A stretch of 64,000 nt of DNA, taken from Candidatus Buchananbacteria bacterium (GTDB lineage Bacteria; Patescibacteriota; Patescibacteriia; Buchananbacterales; UBA6539). Positions 45,816 through 55,892 of this stretch are shown one piece after another (positions within the stretch are counted from its first letter, which is position 1; every line of letters starts with the position of its first letter). A program made the translations under genes and the position numbers. The notes beneath the pieces are model-generated. The model had not been told where the DNA came from and did not search any database. It was given only the letters and a program-made list of their open reading frames with translations. The DNA is taken from the NCBI GenBank assembly GCA_041664165.1, contig JBAYLH010000001.1, forward strand, positions 9,469-73,468, in the 5' to 3' direction.

Positions 45816-47459
45816 TCAAGCATGAATAGCCGAGACAATTTGCCCAGTACTGAAGCGATGCCGACAGTAAGCACAGTCGAAACTGGTCTTACCATCATAC
45901 GAATTGACATGAAGAAAACTTTCAGCTTCCGGGTCAATTCGGGTCACACAAGCTTCGTTGGGGCATATAAAGATCCTCGCAACTGCGGTTGGCGGACGAA
46001 ACATCAGCTTGCGATACAGACTTTCCTTCAATTCAATAACCCGCAAACTACCGACCAAGAGTGTCAGCGCCGCCAACACATCCTCTGACACAAACGCATC
46101 GGGCAAAAAGACAATATCCTTTCTACCCATTTCAGTTGACCTCTGGCGCTGAGCAATAATACTTGAGCTGCCAAGTCCTCCATGCACACCGGCACGGTTA
46201 ATAACGGCATCAACCATCAACCCAAAACCAGCCGTAATCCGATCAAGCACCATTCCCTTGTCTAAAGGATTAATAGCACGCTGTTCCGCTTGCCATCGTT
46301 CCTGCATTTTCTGCCAGTGGCTATGAATCTCCTCTGACGCCAAAACATCATAGGGAAACGATTTTGGAATGGTCAGCAAGTCCATATGCTGTTTTCGGTG
46401 CCCCCAACACATCTGGAAAACCGCCGTACGAGTTGGCGAACCCATTATTGCTTGTATATCCATAATAACCTGAGATTCGTTCCATATTGCCGGATCAATC
46501 ATCGGCCGCAAGACATCAAGCGGTTGAGCATCCATAATCAATGCCTCAGACTTATCAATAAATCGCCTATTAACCTGAATGGCCGAAAGAATAGCCTCAG
46601 CATCAGCGATAGTCATAACATTGCCCAACCGTTCGATTTGCGTTCGAATAGTATAGACAACATTATAAGCCACAGCATCGTCGAGCTTATCAGACACTGC
46701 AACGCGAAGACCCTGACATCGCCAAGCTTCAACCTGAAAAGAGTCAGGTGCAACCAACAGATATTGAATCTTGAAGTGCCGGCCTAAATCAAGCCAGCTG
46801 TTAGTTACCCGGCTATTACGCAAATCACCGACCAGTGCAATTTTCAGATTATCAAAGTGATTGGTAATAAACTCCGCCAAATCATCATCTGTGAGCTGTG
46901 TCAGACTAGATTCCAACCGCGCTACGCCAATTTCATTATTGGACGTCATTCCCAGGGCATGAGCAACAATCGTTACCATATCAAGCAGCACTTGCGTCGG
47001 ATGATTTTGCCGCCCGTCGCCGCCATTGATAATTGGCGTCTCCCGAAACCATTCAGGAAAACGACTAGATTCCCGCTCAAGATACAATGCCGCCTGCGTC
47101 GCATAACCTTCAACTGTTGTACGATAGCACATCATCCGATTCTGCTGTTGAATCGCCGTAATGGTTGCACGCGTTGGCGGTTCACCCTTCTTTAAGCTAC
47201 TAGTCTCTGGCGTAATCGGATTTGAACAACGAAAACCAGCCCGGACAGCGGCTTCTCTTAGAGTCCCAATCGTCCGCGAAGATGGTTCCTCAAACAAAAA
47301 TCCAACCTGAGGTACTAACCATCCGTCGCTGAATTCCAGTCGCAATTCGGGAGGTGGCAACTGATTACGGTAGTAGTAAGGCACCAAACGCAGCGCCCGC
47401 ACCACAACAGCGAGAATTTCATCTCGTGTCAATAAGTTTATTCCAATACAATGTTTCAT
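45816..47459 (-). CDS. pyrB: Fused aspartate carbamoyltransferase catalytic and regulatory chains (PyrB-PyrI)
   Basis: SD GAAGGAGG; FEEPSSRT, SSLKKGE, INGGDG...HPTQ, GDLRNSR, RTQIER; C-terminal VLDRI, KDIV, CPNEAC...CAYC. Confidence 0.85.
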   Translation of the reverse strand: MKHCIGINLLTRDEILAVVVRALRLVPYYYRNQLPPPELRLEFSDGWLVPQVGFLFEEPSSRTIGTLREAAVRAGFRCSNPITPETSSLKKGEPPTRATITAIQQQNRMMCYRTTVEGYATQAALYLERESSRFPEWFRETPIINGGDGRQNHPTQVLLDMVTIVAHALGMTSNNEIGVARLESSLTQLTDDDLAEFITNHFDNLKIALVGDLRNSRVTNSWLDLGRHFKIQYLLVAPDSFQVEAWRCQGLRVAVSDKLDDAVAYNVVYTIRTQIERLGNVMTIADAEAILSAIQVNRRFIDKSEALIMDAQPLDVLRPMIDPAIWNESQVIMDIQAIMGSPTRTAVFQMCWGHRKQHMDLLTIPKSFPYDVLASEEIHSHWQKMQERWQAEQRAINPLDKGMVLDRITAGFGLMVDAVINRAGVHGGLGSSSIIAQRQRSTEMGRKDIVFLPDAFVSEDVLAALTLLVGSLRVIELKESLYRKLMFRPPTAVARIFICPNEACVTRIDPEAESFLHVNSYDGKTSFDCAYCRHRFSTGQIVSAIHA

Positions 47460-47475
47460 AATTTCCCTACCTCCT

Positions 47476-48378
47476 TCATCTACATTCTGCCTTTTTCTGC
47501 CTGAACTCTTCCAAGCTACCAAACCCATTCTGCTCCAACCAACCTGCAATTCCCTCAATGATTTCTGCCATCACCAAGGGATTGCCAAAATTGGCTGTCC
47601 CGACTGCCACCGCGCTAGCGCCGGCCCAAAGAAACTCCAGGGCGTCGCTAGCCGAGGCAATACCACCCATGCCAATCACCGGGATTTTTACCGCCCGGCA
47701 AACTTCCCAAACCTTTCGCAGGGCTTGCGGCATTATCGCCGGACCCGACAAACCACCACTGATAATAACTTGACCCGTATTGGGATTAATGCGCATGGCA
47801 GTAAACGTGTTGACCGCCACAATCGCATTAGCTCCTTCTCGTTCGGCCGCTTTGGCAATGGCGGCAATGTCAGTTACGTTCGGTGTCAACTTGACGATCA
47901 AAGGCAGGCCAGTTGCCAACCTCGTAGCACGGACGATCTCAGCGGTGAGCTGAGGGTCAGTACCGATGATTGTGCCGCCGACATTGGGACAAGAGATATT
48001 AAGTTCAATGCCACTGATTCTGGTGTCCCCAAGACATTGCGCCAAATGCACGTATTCCTGTGGCGTCTTGCCGGCAATACTGACGATGACCGGCTGGCCA
48101 AAGGACAGCCAGACCGATAACTCGTCCGCCAAGAATCTATCAATACCAGGACCAGCTAAGCCAATCCAATTGATTAGACCGCTCGCAGTCTCACGAAGCC
48201 GTGGCGGCGGATTGCCCGGCCTTGGCTCAATGGTAACGCTTTTAGTCACCAAAGCTCCGGGTCGAAACCGACCCGCCTCAAGGAGAATTTTCTGGCTTTC
48301 AATCCCCCAAGTGCCCGAAGCCGGAACTACCGGATTATCCATCCTGATTCCAGCTAATCCCACAGTTAAATCAACCAT
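47476..48378 (-). CDS. pyrD: Dihydroorotate dehydrogenase 1B catalytic subunit
   Basis: ASGT, KSVT..PRPGN, ELNISCPN, KLTPNVTD, GGLSGP, IGMGGI. Confidence 0.93.
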   Translation of the reverse strand: MVDLTVGLAGIRMDNPVVPASGTWGIESQKILLEAGRFRPGALVTKSVTIEPRPGNPPPRLRETASGLINWIGLAGPGIDRFLADELSVWLSFGQPVIVSIAGKTPQEYVHLAQCLGDTRISGIELNISCPNVGGTIIGTDPQLTAEIVRATRLATGLPLIVKLTPNVTDIAAIAKAAEREGANAIVAVNTFTAMRINPNTGQVIISGGLSGPAIMPQALRKVWEVCRAVKIPVIGMGGIASASDALEFLWAGASAVAVGTANFGNPLVMAEIIEGIAGWLEQNGFGSLEEFRQKKAECR

Positions 48379-49177
48379 TCCAATCCACCTCCGAAGCGTC
48401 AAAAATCGGCCCATCTTCGCAGACGTAACGAGTTTCACCGCTAGTCATTTTGACAACGCAGCCTTTGCAAACGCCCAAGGCGCAACCCATCACCTCTTCC
48501 AGAAAAACTGAGCAGTCAATTCCTGCTGCCCGACAGATACCCGCAACTTCAGCCATCATCGGCTTCGGTCCGCAAGTGAACAGCTGGATTTTACTCCAAT
48601 CAGGCAGACTTTCGTCGCGAAAGATTTCCCGGCAGAGATCAACTGCCGTTTTTCCAGCTTCCTGCTGAGTCGCAAATTTCAGCTCGACTCCCAGTTTCCG
48701 GAAATCTTCCAGTCCAAAGACATACCGATTATCGCGAAAACCAGCCGCGACAATGATCCGAGCTTGGGTCTGTTTTTTCGCCCAAGCAACCGGATAGCCA
48801 AACGAAGCTAAGCCGCAGCCACCGCCTAAAAAAATCAGGCACTCCGCGTCTGGCTTAATTGCCATTGCCTGGCCGCAAGGACCAAGCAGTGAAACTTCCA
48901 CTCCCTCTTTCCACCGAGCATATCGCTCTGTGTTCGGACCGACTGTCCGAAAGACCAGCCGGATAGTCTGGCCGTCCGTTGAGTAAACTGTGAACGGCCG
49001 CCGCAAAACCGAAGTTTGACTGGCCGCCACGGTTACAAATTGGCCAGGCCTAACCAATTTGGCAATTCCCGGACAAAGCAGGTCGGCGGCATAGATGCCG
49101 TCGTTGACTCCTTTGTCGGTTCGGCCAGGTGCCAGCCGAATTAGCTCTTGGACTGTTGCTGTCGTCGCTACTATCAT
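48371..49177 (-). CDS. pyrK: Dihydroorotate dehydrogenase electron-transfer subunit
   Basis: PGQFV, RRPFT, GGGCGLA, CGPKPM, MGCALGVCKGC...CEDGP; SD GAGGAGGAG. Confidence 0.92.
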   Translation of the reverse strand: MIVATTATVQELIRLAPGRTDKGVNDGIYAADLLCPGIAKLVRPGQFVTVAASQTSVLRRPFTVYSTDGQTIRLVFRTVGPNTERYARWKEGVEVSLLGPCGQAMAIKPDAECLIFLGGGCGLASFGYPVAWAKKQTQARIIVAAGFRDNRYVFGLEDFRKLGVELKFATQQEAGKTAVDLCREIFRDESLPDWSKIQLFTCGPKPMMAEVAGICRAAGIDCSVFLEEVMGCALGVCKGCVVKMTSGETRYVCEDGPIFDASEVDWNG

Positions 49178-49307
49178 ATCACTCCTCCTCCTAAAATAGG
49201 CTAAGTTGAGACAAAATGGCACAAAAAAATAACGGCCCGCGCCGTTAATCTTTGGTTGTCAAATAACAACCTCCTTCAAGAAATATTATCAGAGTTTAGC
49301 ACATCAG

Positions 49308-49877
49308 TCAAGGCCGCATTCTTCCCATTTTGACCAAAAACTTTTCCGTTTGCAGCGGAAATTCCAGGTGCTGGTTCAAAAAAATCTCAAGCTTTTTCCG
49401 GTCACCGGCAATGTCAGCCGGCGGCGCCATGCCCAGGATTGACAAAAGTTTAATCACGAAGGCTTGTTTGATTACCGGCCAATCCTGATTCGCCAAAGAA
49501 TTGCCATTAATCACGGCTAAATATTTAACCAATAAAACAAAAATTTTAGGGTCCGGCTCGCCGGTTTTGGTCATTTTTTCTACCAATTCTAAAGCGTAGC
49601 TGGCTAAAATCGTTTTTTTGAAATCACCGGCAATGCCGGAAAACTTTTTAAAGATTTGCGCGCCGGCAACGTGATCATGATTTTTACCCAAAGCCACCAT
49701 TAAATCAACAACTGCCAGCTGTTGCAGATGCGAATTCAATTTGCTTTTGATTTTTTTTGTTCCCTTGCCTAGGGCGAAAATTTTTCCTTTTTTGTCCGTA
49801 TAAATACTAAAAAGCTGATCCGCTTCGCCGCGATCAGTCTTTTTCAAAATTATTCCTTTGACTTGATAAGTCGCCAT
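49308..49877 (-). CDS. recO: DNA repair protein RecO
   Basis: GIILKK...EADQLFSIYT...GKI...KGTKK.KSKL; ELVEKMT; KLLSILG..P. Confidence 0.85.
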   Translation of the reverse strand: MATYQVKGIILKKTDRGEADQLFSIYTDKKGKIFALGKGTKKIKSKLNSHLQQLAVVDLMVALGKNHDHVAGAQIFKKFSGIAGDFKKTILASYALELVEKMTKTGEPDPKIFVLLVKYLAVINGNSLANQDWPVIKQAFVIKLLSILGMAPPADIAGDRKKLEIFLNQHLEFPLQTEKFLVKMGRMRP

Positions 49878-49911
49878 AGCCTTTCTTGCCGTCAGCTAAA
49901 ACAAAAATCAA

Positions 49912-50343
49912 CTAATGATTCAATTTGTCTAAATAGCTTTGGAGTATCAACATGGCCGCGACGGCATCATCGGGGCCTTTTTTAACTAAGTCCCGGCGCA
50001 AGCCATTCGCCATTTTAGTGCTTAACCGCTCATCCTCAGTTTCAACCGGTAAATCAATATTTTCTTTAAGCCAGGCAACAAAATTTAAAACTTCTTGCAT
50101 CTGCTTATTCTGCAAATCAACCTCGCGAAATAACTCCCCGTTTCCTTTAGCTCGCATGCTGACCGGAACACCAACGATAATTTTTTCAATCTGGTGCTCC
50201 TGGCAAACTTCGTTTAAACGGGCTAAAATTTCCGGCTGGCTTTTGCCGGTTAAAATTTCCAGCGGCAAGGCAAATTTATTAGCTTCATCTGATTTAGCCA
50301 AGCCGATTTTTTTCGCGCCGTAATCAATGCCTAAAATAGCCAT
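49912..50343 (-). CDS. yqgF: YqgF/RuvX nuclease
   Basis: LGIDYGAKKIGLA, IVGVP, DERLST, DAVAAMLILQSYL. Confidence 0.92.
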   Translation of the reverse strand: MAILGIDYGAKKIGLAKSDEANKFALPLEILTGKSQPEILARLNEVCQEHQIEKIIVGVPVSMRAKGNGELFREVDLQNKQMQEVLNFVAWLKENIDLPVETEDERLSTKMANGLRRDLVKKGPDDAVAAMLILQSYLDKLNH

Positions 50344-50448
50344 ACATTAAATTTTTAATTTTAAAATTAGAATTTCAATTCAATATTTCAATATTCTAAT
50401 ATTTAAAATTCATTAAAAATTAAAAATTATAATTTATGAAAGAGTATA

Positions 50449-51228
50449 TTAGATTTTGGTTAGAATCTCAACCCCACCTTTAGTCACCGCGACTGTGTGT
50501 TCAAAATGAGCGCAAAGCTGGCCGTCAGCCGTAAAAACTGCCCAGCTGTTAGGCGAAAAAATCACGGCCGGTTTCCCGACATTGACCATCGGTTCAATCG
50601 CTAAAACCATGCCGGCTTCCAGTCTAACCGGTTTCTGCTTGGCGTCAAAATAATTCGGAATTCTCGGATCCTCGTGAACCGCATAACCGACGCCATGGCC
50701 GACTAATTGGCGGACAATGGAAAAGCCTTCAGCCTCAACATATTTTTGAATGGCTGAACCGATATCGGAAATATAATTGCCTTCTTTAATTTGACTGATG
50801 CCGATGGCTAAAGATTTTTCCGTCACTTTGATTAATTTGCGGGTGGCGGCAGAAATTTTGCCGATCGGAATCGTTACCGCCATATCGGTAAAATAGCCAG
50901 TCCCGGTCGCTGGATATTTCATGCCGATGTCAATACTTAAAATATCACCGTTTTGCAGCTGGTAATTGCCGGGTGCCCCATGAACCAACTCGTTATTGAC
51001 CGAAGCGCAAATGGTGCCGGGAAAAGGAATTTCATTAACACCTTCTTTATAATTTTTAAAAGCCGGAACCCCGCCCCGAGCTAAAATTAATTTCTCTGCC
51101 AATTCGTCGAGTTCAATGGTTTTAATGCCAATTTTAGCCGCTTTGACTAATTCGGATAAAATTTCCGCTAAAATTTTACCGCCGGTTTTAATCGCTGCAA
51201 TTTCCTCGGCTTTTTTTATCGTAATCAT
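50449..51228 (-). CDS. map: Methionine aminopeptidase
   Basis: CASVN..LVHG, DIG...DMA, GHGVG..VHEDP, AIEPM, AHFEHT. Confidence 0.96.
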   Translation of the reverse strand: MITIKKAEEIAAIKTGGKILAEILSELVKAAKIGIKTIELDELAEKLILARGGVPAFKNYKEGVNEIPFPGTICASVNNELVHGAPGNYQLQNGDILSIDIGMKYPATGTGYFTDMAVTIPIGKISAATRKLIKVTEKSLAIGISQIKEGNYISDIGSAIQKYVEAEGFSIVRQLVGHGVGYAVHEDPRIPNYFDAKQKPVRLEAGMVLAIEPMVNVGKPAVIFSPNSWAVFTADGQLCAHFEHTVAVTKGGVEILTKI

Positions 51229-51230
51229 AG

Positions 51231-51869
51231 TTATATCTTACTGGCTTGATTAATGATTTGATCAATCTGCTGATAGACCTCTTCAATTGATTTCGCGCCA
51301 TCAACTCGGTAAAAAATTCCTAATTCTTTATAAACCTTTACCAATGGCTCGGTTTCTTGATGGTAAATTTCCAGCCGTTTTTTAATTGCTTCCGGCTCGT
51401 CGTCATCCCGCCGAAAAAGTTTATCCCCGCATTTATCGCAAATGCCGCTGACCTTGGGCGGACAATAATTAACGTGATAGCTTAAACCGCATTTACAAGC
51501 CAAGCGGCCGGTCAGCCGGTCAATTGCCTGCTGATCGGTCAAATCAATGGCAATGGCCAAATCAATTTTAGTAATGCCCCTAATGAACTCTAGCTGACTT
51601 TTATTTCTCGGATACCCGTCTAACACAAAACCAACCGCGCAATCGGGTTGGTGGATTCTATCGGAAACGATCTGATTGGTTAAATTGTCCGGAACTAAAT
51701 GGCCGGCATTAATGGCCGCCGCAACCTGTTTGCCGATTTCAGTTTGGTTTTTTAAATTATAACGAAATATATCGCCGGTAGAAATATACGGCCAGCCGTG
51801 CCGGCGGGCAATTGATTCTGCTTGCGTTCCCTTACCTGAACCCTGGGGACCAAAAATAATTAGACGCAT
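51231..51869 (-). CDS. adk: Adenylate kinase (zinc lid)
   Basis: GPQGSGKGTQA, STGDIFR, LDGYPR, CKCG...CDKCG, RDDD. Confidence 0.96.
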   Translation of the reverse strand: MRLIIFGPQGSGKGTQAESIARRHGWPYISTGDIFRYNLKNQTEIGKQVAAAINAGHLVPDNLTNQIVSDRIHQPDCAVGFVLDGYPRNKSQLEFIRGITKIDLAIAIDLTDQQAIDRLTGRLACKCGLSYHVNYCPPKVSGICDKCGDKLFRRDDDEPEAIKKRLEIYHQETEPLVKVYKELGIFYRVDGAKSIEEVYQQIDQIINQASKI

Positions 51870-51904
51870 AATTCTAAAAGCTAAATGCTGAAAGCTAAAA
51901 GCTT

Positions 51905-53182
51905 CTAAAGTCCTTCGTAATCGCGCATCGTCAACTGTGATTCAATCTGCTTGAAAGTTTCAATTACCACTGAAACAACAATCAACAAGCTCGTGCCGCC
52001 GATAACCAAAGTGGTAACGCCGGTAAAGCCTCTTAAAGCTAAAGGTAAAACCGCAATTATGCCCAGAAATAAGGCACCGGCTAAAATTATTCGGCTAGTC
52101 GTATTTTTTAAATATTCTGCCGTATGGCGGCCGGGTCGAATCCCGGGAATAAAGCCGCCCTGTTTTTGTAAATTTTCCGCCACTTGATCGGGATGAAAAA
52201 CCACTTCAGTATAAAAATAAGTAAAGCCAAAAACCAAAATAAAATACATTACCCCGTAGAAAAGCTGATTTTCAAATAAAGCAATGACTTTTTCGGCAAT
52301 TGCCACTAAAAGCTGAGTTTTAGCCGTTAAGAAAAACTGGGCGATCATCGGCGGGAATAAAATGATTGAGATGGCGAAAATAATCGGAATCACGCCGGCC
52401 ATGTTAACTCGCAACGGCAAATGAGTGTTGACACCGCCATACATTTTCATTCCCCGCACCCGCCGGGCGTAAGAAACCGGCACATTGCGCTGGCCTTCGG
52501 AGATAATAACCACGCCGGCAATGGTAATAATGGCAATAGCAATAAAAAGTAAAAAGGTTAAGATCTGAGTTTTATCAAAAACTAAAATTGTTTGCTGAAT
52601 TGCTCCTGGCACTTCAGAAACAATACCGGCAAAAATCAAAAGGGAAATCCCGTTACCAATATGTTTTTCGGAAATTAATTCACCAATCCACATTAAAAAT
52701 ACCGTCCCGGCGGTTACGGTTACCACCATAGTAAATATCCGCCAAGAACTTAAATCAGTAAAAATTCCATTGGCTGATTTATTCAATAAAGCAATCAAGG
52801 CATACCCCTGCATCGCTGCCAACGGCACGGAAAGCATCCGAGTCCATTGATTAATTTTATGTTGGCCTTGTTCCCCTTCTTTGGATAATTCCTCAAGCTT
52901 GGGGATAATCATTACTAAAAGCTGAAAAATAATGGAAGCGGTGATATAAGGGGCAACACCCATCGCCACCACGGAAAAATTCATCATGCCGCCGCCGGAC
53001 AAAATATTCATTATTCCTAACAGCTGATTGGCATTAAAAAAATCTTTCAAGGCTTGGGTGTTAATGCCGGGAATGGGAATATGGCCGGCAATCCGAAAAA
53101 TAACCAGCATCGCCGCTACGAATAAAATGCTGTTTCGCAAATCTTTAATCTTCCAAATTTGAACCAGTTTTTTCCACCACAT
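51905..53182 (-). CDS. secY: Preprotein translocase subunit SecY
   Basis: PYITASII, IGNGISLLIFAGI, AGVIPIIFA, FIPGIRPG, GGTSLLIVV. Confidence 0.97.
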   Translation of the reverse strand: MWWKKLVQIWKIKDLRNSILFVAAMLVIFRIAGHIPIPGINTQALKDFFNANQLLGIMNILSGGGMMNFSVVAMGVAPYITASIIFQLLVMIIPKLEELSKEGEQGQHKINQWTRMLSVPLAAMQGYALIALLNKSANGIFTDLSSWRIFTMVVTVTAGTVFLMWIGELISEKHIGNGISLLIFAGIVSEVPGAIQQTILVFDKTQILTFLLFIAIAIITIAGVVIISEGQRNVPVSYARRVRGMKMYGGVNTHLPLRVNMAGVIPIIFAISIILFPPMIAQFFLTAKTQLLVAIAEKVIALFENQLFYGVMYFILVFGFTYFYTEVVFHPDQVAENLQKQGGFIPGIRPGRHTAEYLKNTTSRIILAGALFLGIIAVLPLALRGFTGVTTLVIGGTSLLIVVSVVIETFKQIESQLTMRDYEGL

Positions 53183-53210
53183 AAACGCCAGTTGCTTCTT
53201 TTATTATTTT

Positions 53211-53666
53211 TTATCGTCTGACAACTACCATTTTTCCGCCTGCTTCCATTATAGCCTTTTTTGCCGTTTCCGAAAATGAGTTGGCAACAATGGTTAATTT
53301 TTTGACTAGCTTGCCTTCGCCTAAAACTTTAACGCCGGTTTTATAGTCTTTGATTAAATTTTTTGCCACTAATTTCTTCGGGGTAACTAATTCGCCACTG
53401 CTAAAAGATTTTTCCAAATCGGCCAAATTAACAATTACCATTTTCGGCCGCAAACTTCGAAAACCGCCGATTTTTGGCTTATTGCGCAAAAGCTGCTTCA
53501 AGCCGCGAAGCTTTAGGCCGCCTTTGCCGCCGGAACGGGAGCGCTGACCCTTTAACCCCCGGCCGCTATAAGTGCCATGACCGGAAGCATTGCCCCGGCC
53601 GACCCGCTTGGCCTTTTTTTTGGCTGATTTATTGATTTTCAAATTGTGTAAAGATAATTGCGCCAT
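53211..53666 (-). CDS. rplO: 50S ribosomal protein L15
   Basis: RVGRG.ASGHG..SGRG.KGQ.SRSG; KVLGEG. Confidence 0.95.
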   Translation of the reverse strand: MAQLSLHNLKINKSAKKKAKRVGRGNASGHGTYSGRGLKGQRSRSGGKGGLKLRGLKQLLRNKPKIGGFRSLRPKMVIVNLADLEKSFSSGELVTPKKLVAKNLIKDYKTGVKVLGEGKLVKKLTIVANSFSETAKKAIMEAGGKMVVVRR

Positions 53667-53668
53667 AA

Positions 53669-54223
53669 TTATTTATTCTCCTTAGTAATTTCCTGATTTT
53701 CAGTTTTATCTTCCTTATTTGGCTTAACCCGCTTCAACATTTTTAAAGCGATAATCGTTGCTTTAACGTTATTAATTTTATTATTAGTGCCTAAAATTTT
53801 TGCCACGACGTTAGTAACACCGGTCAGATCCAAAACCGATCTCACCGCCCCACCGGCAATAATACCAGTTCCTTTCGGAGCGGGTTTTAACATCACCCGA
53901 GCCGCGCCATATTTGACATTAACCCGATGAGGAATAGTTTCATTGGTGATTAAAACATTAACCATGTCTTTTCTGGCTTTAGTCACGGCTTTGTTGACCG
54001 CGGCGGTAACGTCGGCCGCTTTAGCTACGGCTGAACCGATCCGGCCATGCCGGTCGCCAATCACGACGCAGGCTCGAAATCGCATCCTTTTGCCGCCGGC
54101 CATAACCCTAGTCACCCGGGCAATATCAATAATTACCTGATCAAATTCCTTCTCCGCCGGCCTGGCTGGACCGCGGCGGCCGCCGGTACTTCGATTATTT
54201 CTCTTATTGTTATCTTTTTCCAT
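53669..54223 (-). CDS. rpsE: 30S ribosomal protein S5
   Basis: RVTRVMAGGKRMRF, KPAPKGTGIIAGG. Confidence 0.96.
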   Translation of the reverse strand: MEKDNNKRNNRSTGGRRGPARPAEKEFDQVIIDIARVTRVMAGGKRMRFRACVVIGDRHGRIGSAVAKAADVTAAVNKAVTKARKDMVNVLITNETIPHRVNVKYGAARVMLKPAPKGTGIIAGGAVRSVLDLTGVTNVVAKILGTNNKINNVKATIIALKMLKRVKPNKEDKTENQEITKENK

Positions 54224-54232
54224 AAAAATATA

Positions 54233-54592
54233 TTAAAATTTTAAGCCGGCTTTTCTGGCGCCATCGGCAACCGCTTTAACTCGGCCGTGATATTGATAAG
54301 AAGATTTATCAAAAACCGCTTCGGTAATTCCTAATTTTTGAGCTTTCGCCCCCAATAATTCTCCAGTTTTAAAAGCTAAATCGGTTTTTTTGTCTTTACC
54401 GGCTTTAATTTCCGTATCTTTTGCCGAAACGACAGTTACTCCTTTTTGATCATCAATCAACTGGATAAACAAATGCCGGGCGGAACGAAAAACACTGATT
54501 CTCGGTTTTTTAGCCGTACCAAAAATTTTGGCTCGGACGCGTTTTTTTCTTCTTGCCTTAAGTATTTTTTTATTAACTTCTTTTTTTGCCAT
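54233..54592 (-). CDS. rplR: 50S ribosomal protein L18
   Basis: PRISVFRS, QLIDD, YHGRVKAVADGAR. Confidence 0.96.
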   Translation of the reverse strand: MAKKEVNKKILKARRKKRVRAKIFGTAKKPRISVFRSARHLFIQLIDDQKGVTVVSAKDTEIKAGKDKKTDLAFKTGELLGAKAQKLGITEAVFDKSSYQYHGRVKAVADGARKAGLKF

Positions 54593-54613
54593 ATTAATTT
54601 AATTTAATTGCGG

Positions 54614-55162
54614 TTAAGCTGCTCCTTTGGCGGCCGTTTTACCGGCCTTTCGGCGAATAACTTCAGTCGTATATTTGATACCCTTGCCTTTATAAGGTTC
54701 TGGCTTTCTTAAAGACCTGATTTCAGCGGCCGTTTGGCCGACTACGCTTTTATCCGCGCCGGTAACCGTAATCAGGTTTTTTTCAACTTTAATATCGATT
54801 CCTTTTGGAAAATCGTATTCAATCGGATGGGAATAGCCGAGCTGCAAATTCAGTTTACCGCCGGCGCTAACGGCTCGATAGCCGACGCCGTTAATTTCTA
54901 ATTGTTTGGAAAAACCATCAGTAACTCCGGTTACCATATTGGCAATTAACTGGCGGAAAAGCCCCCAAAGTGACTTTTGATTTTTCTCATCCTGATTTTT
55001 AACCGAAATTATTAATTCATTATCTTTTTTTTCAACTAAAACCTGCGGATGAAGCTTTTGGCTTAATTCACCCTTTGGCCCCTTGACTATGATTAACCCG
55101 GACTCGATTTTAATCTCAACGCCAGCCGGGATAACAATTGGTTTTTTGCCGATTCTGCTCAT
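54614..55162 (-). CDS. rplF: 50S ribosomal protein L6
   Basis: MSRIGKKP, LGYSHP, RKPEPYKGKGI. Confidence 0.97.
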   Translation of the reverse strand: MSRIGKKPIVIPAGVEIKIESGLIIVKGPKGELSQKLHPQVLVEKKDNELIISVKNQDEKNQKSLWGLFRQLIANMVTGVTDGFSKQLEINGVGYRAVSAGGKLNLQLGYSHPIEYDFPKGIDIKVEKNLITVTGADKSVVGQTAAEIRSLRKPEPYKGKGIKYTTEVIRRKAGKTAAKGAA

Positions 55163-55164
55163 AA

Positions 55165-55566
55165 TTAGTATATTTCACAAATTAATTCACCGCCCAGATT
55201 TTTCTTTTTGGCTTCAAAATTAGTCATTACGCCGTGAGAAGTCGAAACAATGGCAATGCCTAAATTATTCAAAACTACGGGCAATTCATCTTTAGTTTTA
55301 TAGACTCGGCGGCCGGGCTTGCTAATCCGCTTTAAATTGGTAATCGCCGGCTCTTTGCCTAAATACTTCAAAACTATTTTTATTTCATCAAAATTTTTGC
55401 CATTCGTGCCTTTGCTGATTTTTTCAACCTTTTTAATATAATTGCGTTTCAGTAAAATTTCCGCAATTGTCAATTTAATTTTAGAAAAAGGCAAAACCAC
55501 CTCTGGCTTTCTTACCGCCATGGCGTTGCGAATTCTTGTAAGCATATCTGCGATTGGATCAATCAT
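55165..55566 (-). CDS. rpsH: 30S ribosomal protein S8
   Basis: [30 protein letters not shown]. Confidence 0.97.
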   Translation of the reverse strand: MIDPIADMLTRIRNAMAVRKPEVVLPFSKIKLTIAEILLKRNYIKKVEKISKGTNGKNFDEIKIVLKYLGKEPAITNLKRISKPGRRVYKTKDELPVVLNNLGIAIVSTSHGVMTNFEAKKKNLGGELICEIY

Positions 55567-55587
55567 ATAAAAATTGAAATTAATAAT

Positions 55588-55773
55588 TTACCAGCTTGAT
55601 TTTCTTATTCCCGGAATTTGGCCGTTATTGGCTAATTCCCGAAAGCAAATTCGGCACAAGTTGAAGTCCCGCATATAACTGCGCGAGCGGCCGCACCGCC
55701 AACAGCGTCTAACAATTCGCGATGAATATTTCGGCCTTTTCTTTGATTTTGCAATTTTTGCTTCTGTTGCCAT
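55588..55773 (-). CDS. rpsN: 30S ribosomal protein S14 (zinc-binding type Z)
   Basis: RCWRCGR...LCRICFRELA...IPGIRKSSW. Confidence 0.96.
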   Translation of the reverse strand: MATEAKIAKSKKRPKYSSRIVRRCWRCGRSRSYMRDFNLCRICFRELANNGQIPGIRKSSW

Positions 55774-55774
55774 A

Positions 55775-55892
55775 TCCGGTAGTGATCCCCCACTTATTTT
55801 ACAAAAGTGAAGGACAAATATTTTTATTAATTATCTTTTAACTCTAGCCGGCGGTAATCTCTTAAATTATTAAGTGAGGGACTACTACCGGA
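55775..55892. mobile_element. 118-bp MITE-like insertion between rplE and rpsN
   Basis: Inverted ends tccggtagtgatcccccactta / taagtgagggactactaccgga, flanked on both sides by CATA. Confidence 0.65.
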
